44,387 bases of DNA, from positions 1 through 44,387 of the IMG/VR virus record IMGVR_UViG_3300027419_000052; one strand, 5' to 3'. The notes beneath the pieces are model-generated. The model had not been told where the DNA came from, ran no database searches, and saw only the letters and a program-made list of their open reading frames with translations. Source of the stretch: a virus. Lineage: Duplodnaviria; Caudoviricetes. The translations under genes and the position numbers were made by a program. Below are positions 1-9,072 of the stretch, piece after piece; position 1 is the first letter of the stretch, and each line of letters opens with the position of its first letter.

Positions 1-127
1 GTATATATATTCTCTATCCATCCATATTATATATTATTTTAAAATGCATATTTTCTCAGTTCTATTTTAAAAATCGGGGACGAATAATTCACCTGCAATA
101 ATTATGTAAGATATAGCGACGACGCAA
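1..127 (+). repeat. Terminal overlap, left copy (identical to 44261-44387); circular-assembly signature
   Basis: The first 127 nt match the last 127 nt exactly; 127 is a common assembler k-mer length. Confidence 0.95.
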
Positions 128-211
128 ATAGCATGAAAATGCATATTTCAATTTTTATGTTCCCTGCGCGCATTTTTCCATGTAGGGTGTGTATATAGAG
201 AGGGATAATTG

Positions 212-700
212 ATGCGCAAGAAGAACTTAATGAAGCATATCATTGACTCGCAAAAACTCTCAGATAGAGAACTGCAATATCTTGCGATGCGTGCGAAAGG
301 AAAAGGAAAGAGTGAATCGATATCGCTCATCTCAGATGCCAAGCCATGCAGTCGATCGAAAATGGCGAATGAAATAGAAAAGCGTATCGATGCAAAATGT
401 CCAGAATGGCGTGAGGCACTCAGAGAGCAATATCAGCCGAGCAAGTATTTTGAGAGACTCGATAAGCTGTCGCAATTACCGGATGACGTTGGACGCAAGG
501 CTACACTCAATATGTTATCGTATGCAGGCTTTTCGGAATGCAATGGCGCTATAAGTACCGATTTAAGCAACAGAAACAGGCATACAACCATCATAAACAC
601 GATACTTAATATGCAGTTGCCGGCTTCTCAGAAAGAGACCGTTATAGGTCAACCTCGTTGCGCTAATGATGTCATCGATGTGGATAATAAAGATGCCTAA
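212..700 (+). CDS. Hypothetical protein; candidate terminase small subunit by position only
   Basis: GAGGGA Shine-Dalgarno (SD) before ATG at 212; first gene of the + arm upstream of TerL; basic N-terminus; no diagnostic motif. Confidence 0.5.
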   Translation: MRKKNLMKHIIDSQKLSDRELQYLAMRAKGKGKSESISLISDAKPCSRSKMANEIEKRIDAKCPEWREALREQYQPSKYFERLDKLSQLPDDVGRKATLNMLSYAGFSECNGAISTDLSNRNRHTTIINTILNMQLPASQKETVIGQPRCANDVIDVDNKDA

Positions 701-1232
701 AGAATACAGCGCTATACCTAGCGCTTCTAATAGTAAGAATGGTCCCTTGCCCACTATGCATTGTGTAAGAGTAAAAGATATTGTTGAGAATGGGGGTGGG
801 GTCGTTTTTAAGGGCGCCCCCGTTTGGGGCCTTGACGGCGCCCCGGTGGATAATAGCACCGAAAAAAATCGCGTACCCTCTAAAAACTTTTTCCTTTCTG
901 AATCTGAAAGAAAAGAATTTGAGCGGTGGGGTAAGATCACACGTCAGTTCGACGACATAGAAGAATGTCATGAATGTGTAACGTGCCACCAGTGCAAGTC
1001 GGTGGCTCAGTTCTGGATGGATTATGGATTCGTTGTTCATCCGGGGATGTTGACTGCAGTAGAGACACAGACTGTTCTGAAGTATTTTATGGCGTATATT
1101 CAGAACGAGATCGTGATGACGATGGCTGGTATGAAAATGGACTTTAAACAATCAGACTATCTGGACCGAGTGAAGAAATCTTGCGAGGAACGGGACTGTA
1201 GAAATCTCCCACTATTTAACTCGCTATTGTGA
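693..1232 (+). CDS. Hypothetical protein with CxxCxxCxxC putative metal-binding motif
   Basis: Overlaps the stop of the previous gene; contains CHECVTCHQC; start chosen at the in-frame ATG at 693. Confidence 0.65.
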   Translation: MPKEYSAIPSASNSKNGPLPTMHCVRVKDIVENGGGVVFKGAPVWGLDGAPVDNSTEKNRVPSKNFFLSESERKEFERWGKITRQFDDIEECHECVTCHQCKSVAQFWMDYGFVVHPGMLTAVETQTVLKYFMAYIQNEIVMTMAGMKMDFKQSDYLDRVKKSCEERDCRNLPLFNSLL

Positions 1233-1234
1233 AC

Positions 1235-1348
1235 GCCCCGGCTCGCCAAAGGTCGTGCCAGTAAGACACCGAGGGCAAACTGGCCAATAAGTTAAGGATC
1301 GAAAGATCCGGTCTTATCTCGGGGAGGAGGGCAAACGCACTCCTCCTC
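1235..1348 (+). ncRNA. Candidate small structured RNA or cis-element
   Basis: GC-rich intergenic tract with stems CCCCG/CGGGG, TAAGAC/GTCTTA, GGATC-GAAA-GATCC and GGAGGAG/CTCCTCC; GAGGGCAAAC occurs twice. Confidence 0.5.
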
Positions 1349-1367
1349 ATCAAAGGGAAGTGATCCT

Positions 1368-1520
1368 ATGGATCCGGATCTCTTGATCAGACTGATCAGC
1401 AAGTATGCTGAAGAGTCTCAGGAACAGAAAAAATACATGCATTTGATAGAGATCTCCATTCCAGGTCCGGGCATTACCGGAAAAGATGCTGATCTCAATG
1501 TTCGATTTTCTTTTAACTAG
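1368..1520 (+). CDS. Small hypothetical protein (50 aa, MDPDLLIRLISKY...)
   Basis: Translated by hand; purine-rich SD-like GGGAAG upstream; its stop overlaps the SD of the next gene. Confidence 0.55.
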   Translation: MDPDLLIRLISKYAEESQEQKKYMHLIEISIPGPGITGKDADLNVRFSFN

Positions 1521-1531
1521 GAGGTGAAAAA

Positions 1532-1894
1532 ATGAAGAAATTTTTAGGTGCATTGCTCGTTGTTGCTCTTTTGTCCTTGCCAGCACATGCGATGAGGACG
1601 GATGTTGGATCGGCTGCTCGCTATCCAGCAGTTCCTACTCAGACCATTACTGTATTCACAGCTACTACTGGTACGATTACCAAGTTGACCTCGACTACGG
1701 CAAACGTAACGAATGCAATTATTACGAAAGGGACTGTGGCTACAGATACGATCGTCACAGCTTCGATCACAGAGCTCTATCTGAAGTCTCCTACAGCGGC
1801 GGCTACAGCTACAGCGGTTGCGACGTATAACATGACGTTTGAAGTGAAGGATGCTAATGGCGTGATCTACTTGATCCCGGCTGTTGCGAAATAA
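1532..1894 (+). CDS. Exported Thr/Ala-rich protein with Sec signal peptide
   Basis: AGGAGGT SD; MKKFLGALLVVALLSLPAHA signal with AxA cleavage site; Thr-rich mature part. Confidence 0.8.
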   Translation: MKKFLGALLVVALLSLPAHAMRTDVGSAARYPAVPTQTITVFTATTGTITKLTSTTANVTNAIITKGTVATDTIVTASITELYLKSPTAAATATAVATYNMTFEVKDANGVIYLIPAVAK

Positions 1895-1901
1895 TTCGAT
1901 T

Positions 1902-1933
1902 AAGGGCCCTCGGCAAAAACCCCCGGGCTCTTT
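1902..1933 (+). terminator. Hairpin, possible weak terminator or processing site
   Basis: AAGGGCCC...GGGCTCTT stem with only a short T run. Confidence 0.35.
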
Positions 1934-1948
1934 ATGGAGTTAATAATC

Positions 1949-2125
1949 ATGGAAAAGTATAATTCTAGAAAATGGCAACTTACCTGCTGGGCACTTATGG
2001 TCCTGGTAGGTCTTCTTCTTGCTGGAAAATTGCCGGGGGCAGATTTTTCTATGGCGTTCTTAGCGGTATTCACGTCATACAATATCGCTAACGTCTGGGA
2101 GAAGAATCAGGCCCCTAAGCAATGA
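1949..2125 (+). CDS. Putative holin (small two-TM protein)
   Basis: GGAG SD before ATG at 1949; SRK motif followed by two hydrophobic helices; ATGA overlap with TerL. Confidence 0.55.
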   Translation: MEKYNSRKWQLTCWALMVLVGLLLAGKLPGADFSMAFLAVFTSYNIANVWEKNQAPKQ

Positions 2126-3711
2126 GCATTTATCTTGAGACCTGCTTTGAGGACAGATTCAGAAAGTTCAAGCTGGATCTTGGAAAGCTCAAGGCTGGCG
2201 GTGTAAAAGAAGATGTCCTATATGAGTTCATGTATAAGGCATTCGAGGATGATGTTGAGCTTTTCTGCCAGGTTGTTCTGGCGCATTGGTTCACATCGCG
2301 GTTCGGGAAACCGCATCATGAACTGTTCGACATGTATGCGGACAATCTTATCAAGTACGGAGTCATAGCCTTTCCGAGAAAGCACGGAAAAACGACATGC
2401 ATGAAGGGCTTTGTTCTATGGTGCGCGGTATATCATAAGCACGACTATATGCTTCTGGTAGGTGACACTGAAGATAAGGCGTCATTGCATTTGCAGTCGA
2501 TCAGACTTGAACTTGAAAACAATGAACTTCTGCGAGCGATATATGGATCGCTGCGAAGTGGCGCTCCAAAATGGAATGACAAAGAGATCAGGTTGAAGAA
2601 TAAGTTTCATATAAGGGTCATGTCGAAGGGTCAGTCAGCTCGCGGTTTGTTGGACGATGTTCCACCGGACTATTGCTTGATCGACGACTTTGACGATGAT
2701 GAGACTATAGAGAATATTGACATAAGAAATAAGTACGATGACTGGATGTTCACGAGCTTATTGCAGGCATTGAATCCTCAGATCGGGAAATGCCGCATGA
2801 CAGGAACTTGTATCCATGATGACGGACAATTAATGCGCGTCATCAAGAACAAGACCTGGGTTCACAAGCTCTATTCATGCATTGACGAAGACGGCAATCC
2901 ACTCTGGCCGGAATACTATACCAGAGACATGCTTCTTACGATGAAGAAGAATCTTTTTCAGGCCGATCCTCCAAAGATCCAGACCTGGTGGAAAGAATGG
3001 ATGAATAAGCCATTGAACCAGGATAATCAAACCTGGGATGCGGCTCATCTTCAGCACTGGCAGGGTCGGTATAAAGATGGAGCAATATATTTTACCGCTG
3101 ACGATGGTGAGGTATTAAGAAAAGTGCGGGTTGCATGTTTCACCGCAATCGATATTGCATCTGCAGAAGGAACATCAAAAAAGAAAGACTCGGTTGTCGT
3201 AACAACTGGAGCTCTTGATCAAAATGGAAATGTCTATTTGTTGAAGGTATGGAGAAAAAGAAATTTCAAACCTTCAGAAGTTGTCTATCAGATTTTTGCA
3301 CAGCATGAAACGTTCAATACTCGGATGGCTATAATAGAACTTATTTCGTGTCAAGATCTGATAATGGAAACATATGATACTATTGCGAGAGGAAAACGAA
3401 GTAGACCAGTTTTAAAGAAGCTCAGGAAGAGGACTGGAAGTAAACAAGACAAGATAAAGGGAAATTTGTCTGACAGACTCAGGCTTAAGCAGATCTTTAT
3501 CAAGAGAAATATGACCGAAGTTCATGATGAATTTGCAGGATTTCCGGATGGACACGATGATATATTGGATACAATTTCGGATATAGTCGAGCACGGGTTC
3601 AAGCCTGCAAAAGAGGCGATAAAAAGGATTTCGCAGCTCCCGATAGAGCTGCAGTCGGATAAAACAAAAGGGGACAGTCGCTCTTTTGTTCAAAGAGTTG
3701 TAGGATTCTAA
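2122..3711 (+). CDS. terL: Terminase large subunit
   Basis: Walker A FPRKHGKT, Walker B LIDD, coupling motif MTGT, RNase H-like nuclease motifs AIDIAS and HDDILD. Confidence 0.93.
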   Translation: MSIYLETCFEDRFRKFKLDLGKLKAGGVKEDVLYEFMYKAFEDDVELFCQVVLAHWFTSRFGKPHHELFDMYADNLIKYGVIAFPRKHGKTTCMKGFVLWCAVYHKHDYMLLVGDTEDKASLHLQSIRLELENNELLRAIYGSLRSGAPKWNDKEIRLKNKFHIRVMSKGQSARGLLDDVPPDYCLIDDFDDDETIENIDIRNKYDDWMFTSLLQALNPQIGKCRMTGTCIHDDGQLMRVIKNKTWVHKLYSCIDEDGNPLWPEYYTRDMLLTMKKNLFQADPPKIQTWWKEWMNKPLNQDNQTWDAAHLQHWQGRYKDGAIYFTADDGEVLRKVRVACFTAIDIASAEGTSKKKDSVVVTTGALDQNGNVYLLKVWRKRNFKPSEVVYQIFAQHETFNTRMAIIELISCQDLIMETYDTIARGKRSRPVLKKLRKRTGSKQDKIKGNLSDRLRLKQIFIKRNMTEVHDEFAGFPDGHDDILDTISDIVEHGFKPAKEAIKRISQLPIELQSDKTKGDSRSFVQRVVGF

Positions 3712-3721
3712 GGAGGCTTTT

Positions 3722-5809
3722 GTGGATAGTGAAAAATACCAAGAAGAAAATCAGGTAGCGTCTTCTCCAGAAGAGGCGGTTCCATTTGAAACTACTCACG
3801 ATAAGGCCATAGATCTGACCGAAGCAAAAAAGCGCGTCATAGAGGCACTTGAAAATGCCTCAAGTCAGAGAAAGAGCATTGTTGATGCATCGTTGAATAT
3901 GAACTACGAGGATATTTGGAATGAAGAGATCGCCGCCAGATACGCTATTTCAACGTCCTCAAAGAAAGATTCAGAAATAGCAGACTACTATGATCCGAAA
4001 CTATACAGAGCTGCAACGCGAGTCGTAACCAGGGTACGGAATGCTCCATTTGAAGGAATGGACGATAATTTTTACGATATGGAACCTGTGGACTATGACG
4101 AGGATCATCCGGAAACGGACGAAGAGGCGAATTCCAAGACTGAACTTTCTGTTCAGAAGGCTGTTCTTAATTGTGAATTGAAGAGATCTCGTTTTAAGAA
4201 ATGGATAAAGGATCTTATTACTGACGGATATTTTATGGACGCTGCTATAGGAAAGATAGTTCCATCAACGGATAGCTCAACAATAAAGTACTGGTCTAAA
4301 AAAGCAAACGGATCTCTGGTTATCAAAGAAAAAGTAGTTAAAAAAGAATCTTTGAAACTCGTAAATCTCGATATAAATAATTTTTATGTAGAAGATATTT
4401 TCGAGAATGACGTTCAGAAGAACAATAACGTGGAAATATATGAAAGCGATATCCACACATTAAAAGCTCTCGAGGCAGAAGGCATATATCAAAATACTGA
4501 TCAAATTCAGGTAGGCATTTTCTCGAACATACTTTCTCCGGTATACAATTTTAAGACTTCAAAAAGAGAACTTGCCGTAAGAGAATCAAAAACACTCGGC
4601 AAAGTAATGATAGCAGAGTACTGGGGCAGTATGATAGTCGGAGGAAAATCAAGAAAGGTAAATATTGTTCTTGCGAATAATGTCGTTATAAAAGCTATCT
4701 TTCTTCCATACTGGATGGATAAGTATCCTTATATCAAATGGTGCTACGAAGAAATCAAGGACTCATTTTACGGTATATCTTATACGAGGAGACATCTGAG
4801 GTCACAATGGGCTCTGAATCAAGTCTATAATATGGATATTCAGAATAGTCTCCTTAAAATGTCCGGTGCAACTTTTATAAGATCGGATGCCGGAGAATAT
4901 GTAGAGCAGCAGATTCCGGATGGGAAAATACGTCTTGGTCAGCAGATCAAGATCGATACAGGAGACTCTATTAAAGACGTAATGGCGCCTATTCAATTTC
5001 CAGATATCCAGAGGACTGCTGAACATCTGACAAATAGAATAACTGATACAATAGAAAGTGGAATGGGATCTAACGCCATGCTCGACGGCCAGCCAACCCA
5101 TACGCAACTTGATAGAACTGGGGTAGGCTATGGAGCAGCTCTAGCAGAAAGCAAAGTAGATATAAAGGATGCGATCTATTCGATACAGGATGACCTGATC
5201 GAGCCAGCTATTACAATGTTCTGGCAATTATTTTATGAAACGAATGACGCGAACAGGGTTATTATGATCCCGACTAAAATGGGAGCAAAGACCGTAAATG
5301 TTCCGGTAACAATTAGTCCAAGTGATATCAATAGCATGGTAAAGATAAAGGTTTTTGGCGGAAGCAAATTTCTTGAAAACGAAAGACACGTTCAAGACCT
5401 TGCGCAAGCAATGCAGTTTATGCAGAGTAGTCCAGAAGTAGCGAAACAGATAAACTATGCAGAAATAATGAAGATGTATTTCGAGTATAAAGGAATGCCT
5501 GGCCACAGAATCGCAAAACAAAAAGATCCTGAAGACATGTTCATGGAGCTACTGGCGTATATGCCAGTTGAGCAGATATTGCAATACGCAGCCACAGTCC
5601 TGCAGGCTAAGAAACAGAAAGAGGCTGAAGAGGCTCAAGGAAAACTTCACAAGGCCAAACAGGATTTTGTTAATGAGGTAAATCTTGACAGATCATATGA
5701 TGAAGCTCAGGGAGCGCTCATGGAAAAAGAAGCGGCTACGTCTGCCGCTGAAGGATCAAGCATTCTCGATAACGAGGTCACAAGAAATCTGGGGGCAGGA
5801 GGACAATAA
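3722..5809 (+). CDS. Portal protein (podovirus type)
   Basis: 695 aa directly after TerL; AAGGAGG SD with GTG start; features EYWG, YPYI...FYGIS and a helical C-terminus. Confidence 0.85.
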   Translation: MDSEKYQEENQVASSPEEAVPFETTHDKAIDLTEAKKRVIEALENASSQRKSIVDASLNMNYEDIWNEEIAARYAISTSSKKDSEIADYYDPKLYRAATRVVTRVRNAPFEGMDDNFYDMEPVDYDEDHPETDEEANSKTELSVQKAVLNCELKRSRFKKWIKDLITDGYFMDAAIGKIVPSTDSSTIKYWSKKANGSLVIKEKVVKKESLKLVNLDINNFYVEDIFENDVQKNNNVEIYESDIHTLKALEAEGIYQNTDQIQVGIFSNILSPVYNFKTSKRELAVRESKTLGKVMIAEYWGSMIVGGKSRKVNIVLANNVVIKAIFLPYWMDKYPYIKWCYEEIKDSFYGISYTRRHLRSQWALNQVYNMDIQNSLLKMSGATFIRSDAGEYVEQQIPDGKIRLGQQIKIDTGDSIKDVMAPIQFPDIQRTAEHLTNRITDTIESGMGSNAMLDGQPTHTQLDRTGVGYGAALAESKVDIKDAIYSIQDDLIEPAITMFWQLFYETNDANRVIMIPTKMGAKTVNVPVTISPSDINSMVKIKVFGGSKFLENERHVQDLAQAMQFMQSSPEVAKQINYAEIMKMYFEYKGMPGHRIAKQKDPEDMFMELLAYMPVEQILQYAATVLQAKKQKEAEEAQGKLHKAKQDFVNEVNLDRSYDEAQGALMEKEAATSAAEGSSILDNEVTRNLGAGGQ

Positions 5810-6120
5810 TGGGATTCAGGCATCTTGTCAGACAGATAGAAAAGGATCTTAAAACGAGAAAGGAGCAGAAAGATCAGGCAGTAGAAGAAGCCATAGAAAG
5901 AGGACAAATAATATCCGAATTTTTTAAGTCGGATGAATATAAAATAATAAAGGAGGTGTGTAAGTCCCTGGAAGAGAATTACTTGAAACAGGCAAAGAAG
6001 AATAGGGATCTTTCAATGCTTGTTAAGGCCGAAGCATTTGACGACGTGCGTTCGGTTCTTCAAAATATAGTCATGAGAGCAAAAACTCTCTCAGCGTCAA
6101 AAGCTGAACAAAATAAGTGA
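5809..6120 (+). CDS. Small helical protein between portal and scaffold
   Basis: TAATG coupling to the portal gene; typical syntenic position. Confidence 0.7.
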   Translation: MGFRHLVRQIEKDLKTRKEQKDQAVEEAIERGQIISEFFKSDEYKIIKEVCKSLEENYLKQAKKNRDLSMLVKAEAFDDVRSVLQNIVMRAKTLSASKAEQNK

Positions 6121-6190
6121 CTTATTTAGTTTAGTTATCCTATCAGGTTTACCGCAACCTAGCAAATAAAGCGTGTAAAGGAGAACTACT

Positions 6191-6967
6191 ATGAGATTTT
6201 GGATGATGAAAGATGCGGCAGATAATGGCGATGATCTGGATAATACTGATCCGGCTAATCCCGATCCGGACAACGCCGACCCGGATAATGACCTTGATCC
6301 TGCTGGCGATCCTGCAGATCCGACAGATCCAGACAATCCTGGAGATCCGGACAAGGATATAGTTTCAGTATCAAAGGCCGAGTTTAATAGGGCTAAGATG
6401 TTTGAAAGGTTATTTTTAAAATCGCAGGAGAAATCACTAGAGACTGAACCAGAAAAGCCGAAACCAGTAGATCACGAAAAAGATTTTATGGCACAGGTAA
6501 AAGCTGCAGTTCCGGACTATGATGACGACTCGTTAAAAGCGATGGTAAAGATAGCGAAGATCGTTGCTAAGTCAGTAACGGATCCAGTCGAAGGCACTGT
6601 TAAACAAACACTTATCCAGACTAAACTGGATTCCTTTGCGGCAGAAAAGAAAATCGCCGTTGAGGATAAGCAGAAAATTTCTGCTTTGCTCAAGAAAGAT
6701 CCGGCTGCTGCCGATCTTATCGAACAGGGCAAATTATCTTTTAATGATCTGTATAGTTTGATGGACTATCCAAGACTTCAGAAGCAACTGAATGATCTTA
6801 AAGTCCAGTCTACGAACGGGTCAAAAAAGAAAGCCGGTTTTGCCGGTGCTGGAGGAAAGGGAGGTTCTACTGGTGGAACGAAACAGCCTACTGCTGAAGA
6901 AATGAAAAATTGGTCATACGATCAGTTTAAGGCTTATCGCGAATCCAAAGGAATCAAACTGGACTAA
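6191..6967 (+). CDS. Capsid scaffolding protein
   Basis: AAGGAG SD; Asp/Pro-rich acidic N-terminus, helical middle, Gly-rich linker and short C-terminal helix; upstream of the capsid gene. Confidence 0.75.
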   Translation: MRFWMMKDAADNGDDLDNTDPANPDPDNADPDNDLDPAGDPADPTDPDNPGDPDKDIVSVSKAEFNRAKMFERLFLKSQEKSLETEPEKPKPVDHEKDFMAQVKAAVPDYDDDSLKAMVKIAKIVAKSVTDPVEGTVKQTLIQTKLDSFAAEKKIAVEDKQKISALLKKDPAAADLIEQGKLSFNDLYSLMDYPRLQKQLNDLKVQSTNGSKKKAGFAGAGGKGGSTGGTKQPTAEEMKNWSYDQFKAYRESKGIKLD

Positions 6968-6992
6968 TCTAAAAGAAAAGGGGAATGAGGAT

Positions 6993-7511
6993 ATGAGGAA
7001 TAAAAGTGCGCAAAAAAGTGTGTCGATTCCAGTATCGACGATGCTTGGCACTGTAGCAGCCTGGACCTTGGCTTATAGCGGGGATATGCTGACCTACACT
7101 TGTGATGCAACTGATGAAACTGCGGGAGTTGTTGTTCCGCTTCACATGCCGAAAATCGTTGATGGCGGGAATGATGGAGTTAGCGAAATTTCGTATGTAG
7201 AACTTTCGTATACTGTTGGGACTGCCGCTCTTGATGCTGCTCCGGCTGCGGAAATTCAATCCGTAGCAAAAGCAGTGGATGGTGCTGCTCCTGTTGTGAC
7301 GACTAAAGCCTGCACGGTTGCAGGTGTGACTGTAACGGATACCAAAACGGTCGATGATCATCTGATCACGATTACTCCGGATGCGGCACTTCGTTTGAAT
7401 GATGCTGGCGAACTGATACTCGAAGTTCTGTTTAACAAAGCAGCGACTTCCACTGTGGCTATTACTGGCTGCAAAGTTGTGTATCACGAGCTTATGGCTG
7501 ACGCCGAATAA
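6993..7511 (+). CDS. Putative minor capsid/decoration protein
   Basis: Ala/Thr/Val-rich beta-type protein between scaffold and major capsid gene. Confidence 0.5.
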   Translation: MRNKSAQKSVSIPVSTMLGTVAAWTLAYSGDMLTYTCDATDETAGVVVPLHMPKIVDGGNDGVSEISYVELSYTVGTAALDAAPAAEIQSVAKAVDGAAPVVTTKACTVAGVTVTDTKTVDDHLITITPDAALRLNDAGELILEVLFNKAATSTVAITGCKVVYHELMADAE

Positions 7512-7527
7512 GGGGAGGTGAATTACT

Positions 7528-8493
7528 ATGCAAAATACTACTAATGTACCGCAAGTTCTGAATGTGTTCTATACCGGGTTGCTTATTGAAAGGGCCCTGG
7601 CTTTTAGGCAGTTCGAGAAGTTCGCAGATTTTTCTAGGGATATTCCGCAGAAATCAGGTCAAGTGATCAGATGGCGCAAATATGCCGCATTGCCTACGGC
7701 ACTTACTCCTCTCACTGAGGGTGTAACTCCGTCTGGTAATTCGTCTGTTCCGACGAATATCGATGCTACTGTTGCTGAATATGGCGACTACATCAAGCAT
7801 ACCGATGTGTTGGAATATACGGAAGATGATGGTGTTCTTCAAGAAGACAATAAACTTCTTGCTGAACAAGTTGCTGATACGTTTGATATTCTGACTGCCA
7901 ACGTTCTTGTTGGTGGAACTCAGGTTCAGCGTGTTAATGACCGCTCTACTCGTGGAGCAGTTGTCGCTGCTGATTATCTCGTAGCTGCTACTGTCGATAA
8001 GGCACTTCGCACTCTGCATCACAATAAGGCAAAGCCGATCAAGGCCATGATGGACGGAAGTCCTAATTATGGATCAAAACAGATCGCTGCAGCTTATATT
8101 GGTATTGTCCATGACTATATCGAAAAAGATATTACGTCTACGACTTCTTTCCCGGGATTCGTTCCGGTTGAGGAATATGCCAATAAAGGCGATGTGATGG
8201 AAGGTGAAATCGGTAAATATAAGGACGTCCGTTGGATCCGTTCTGAAAATATGCCGGTATTTGAAGGTGAAGGTGACTCCGGAATCGATGTCTATCCGAC
8301 GTTGATTTTGGCAAGGAATGCCTACGGCTTGACCAAACTTTCTGGAAAATCTATGGAAGTTATCATCAAGTCTCTCGGCTATGGTGAGGATCCGTTGAAT
8401 CAGCGTGGTTCGATGGGCTGGAAAGGTTTCTTTGTTTGCAAGATCATTGACGAACTTAACGTCATGCGTCTTGAAAGTTCGAAACAGGCGTAG
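7528..8493 (+). CDS. Major capsid protein, N4-gp56 family
   Basis: Family-type motifs IRWRKY, LTEGVTPSG, EYGDY, FVPVEEYA, GEIG, DVYPTLI and DPLNQRGSMGWK. Confidence 0.92.
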   Translation: MQNTTNVPQVLNVFYTGLLIERALAFRQFEKFADFSRDIPQKSGQVIRWRKYAALPTALTPLTEGVTPSGNSSVPTNIDATVAEYGDYIKHTDVLEYTEDDGVLQEDNKLLAEQVADTFDILTANVLVGGTQVQRVNDRSTRGAVVAADYLVAATVDKALRTLHHNKAKPIKAMMDGSPNYGSKQIAAAYIGIVHDYIEKDITSTTSFPGFVPVEEYANKGDVMEGEIGKYKDVRWIRSENMPVFEGEGDSGIDVYPTLILARNAYGLTKLSGKSMEVIIKSLGYGEDPLNQRGSMGWKGFFVCKIIDELNVMRLESSKQA

Positions 8494-8499
8494 TTAAGG

Positions 8500-8540
8500 G
8501 GAGCAGGGATCGGATGGTTTATGCCATCTGGTCCCTCTCC
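8500..8540 (+). promoter_or_regulatory. Long RNA hairpin after the capsid gene (stabiliser, attenuator or processing site)
   Basis: AGGGATCGGATGGT/GCCATCTGGTCCCT 14-bp stem with G-U pairs, plus GGAG/CTCC; no U-tract. Confidence 0.55.
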
Positions 8541-8565
8541 ATATAAATAATAGAGGAGGTGAAAT

Positions 8566-8973
8566 ATGGCGGAAGATGAAGAACTGATAGAAGAGTTTGA
8601 AGACTCCGAAGACGAAGAAGTGTTTGACGAGGAAGAGGCTCGAAAAAAGATGCCAAAACTTGAGCTTATTCAGCAGACAGATAAATCTGATACTGCAATG
8701 AAAGACGCTCTTAAAGGCATGGAACGAACATTCGTTAGATTGCAGAGAACAGCAAAGAATGTGACAAACGTAGTCAAGATCGATGGAAAACCTATCAAGT
8801 CCTACGGAGAACCGGAAGTTGTATCGCTGAACGGATATCGTTATTACGTTCCAAGAGGAGTACGAGTTAAGATACCTCTTGCAATAGCAGAAATTCTTGA
8901 GCAGAAAGAAGCCTGCGAAATAAAGGCTTTTGAATTAGCCAGAGAGAAATTGCAATTCCACAGTAACGATTAA
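8566..8973 (+). CDS. Hypothetical protein of the type found after N4-gp56-like capsid genes
   Basis: GGAGGT SD; VSLNGYRYYVPRGVRVKIPLAIAEIL motif; acidic N-terminus. Confidence 0.75.
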   Translation: MAEDEELIEEFEDSEDEEVFDEEEARKKMPKLELIQQTDKSDTAMKDALKGMERTFVRLQRTAKNVTNVVKIDGKPIKSYGEPEVVSLNGYRYYVPRGVRVKIPLAIAEILEQKEACEIKAFELAREKLQFHSND

Positions 8974-9013
8974 GCAATTTTGGGGAGCATCTTTGCTTAA
9001 TTATATAATATAT

Positions 9014-9056
9014 AGAGATAAGGATATATATACGTAGTATATATATCCTTATCTCT
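9014..9056. repeat. Perfect inverted repeat, 20-bp arms with GTA loop
   Basis: AGAGATAAGGATATATATAC-GTA-GTATATATATCCTTATCTCT. Confidence 0.95.
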
Positions 9057-9072
9057 TATATAGGAGAATATT

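Noticed and set aside
1-127. Biological direct terminal repeat
   Set aside because: The length equals a standard assembler k-mer, so it is best read as circular overlap; true ends need read data
965-995. c-type heme motif CVTCH
   Set aside because: The protein has no export signal; the motif is part of CxxCxxCxxC, more consistent with Zn or Fe-S binding
1271-1336. c-di-GMP-I (GEMM) riboswitch suggested by GGCAAAC and a GAAA tetraloop
   Set aside because: Stem order and the second-hairpin consensus do not fit; kept only as an unassigned structure
6230-6355. Tandem GATCC-rich DNA repeat
   Set aside because: Explained by the Asp-Pro low-complexity N-terminus of the scaffold protein
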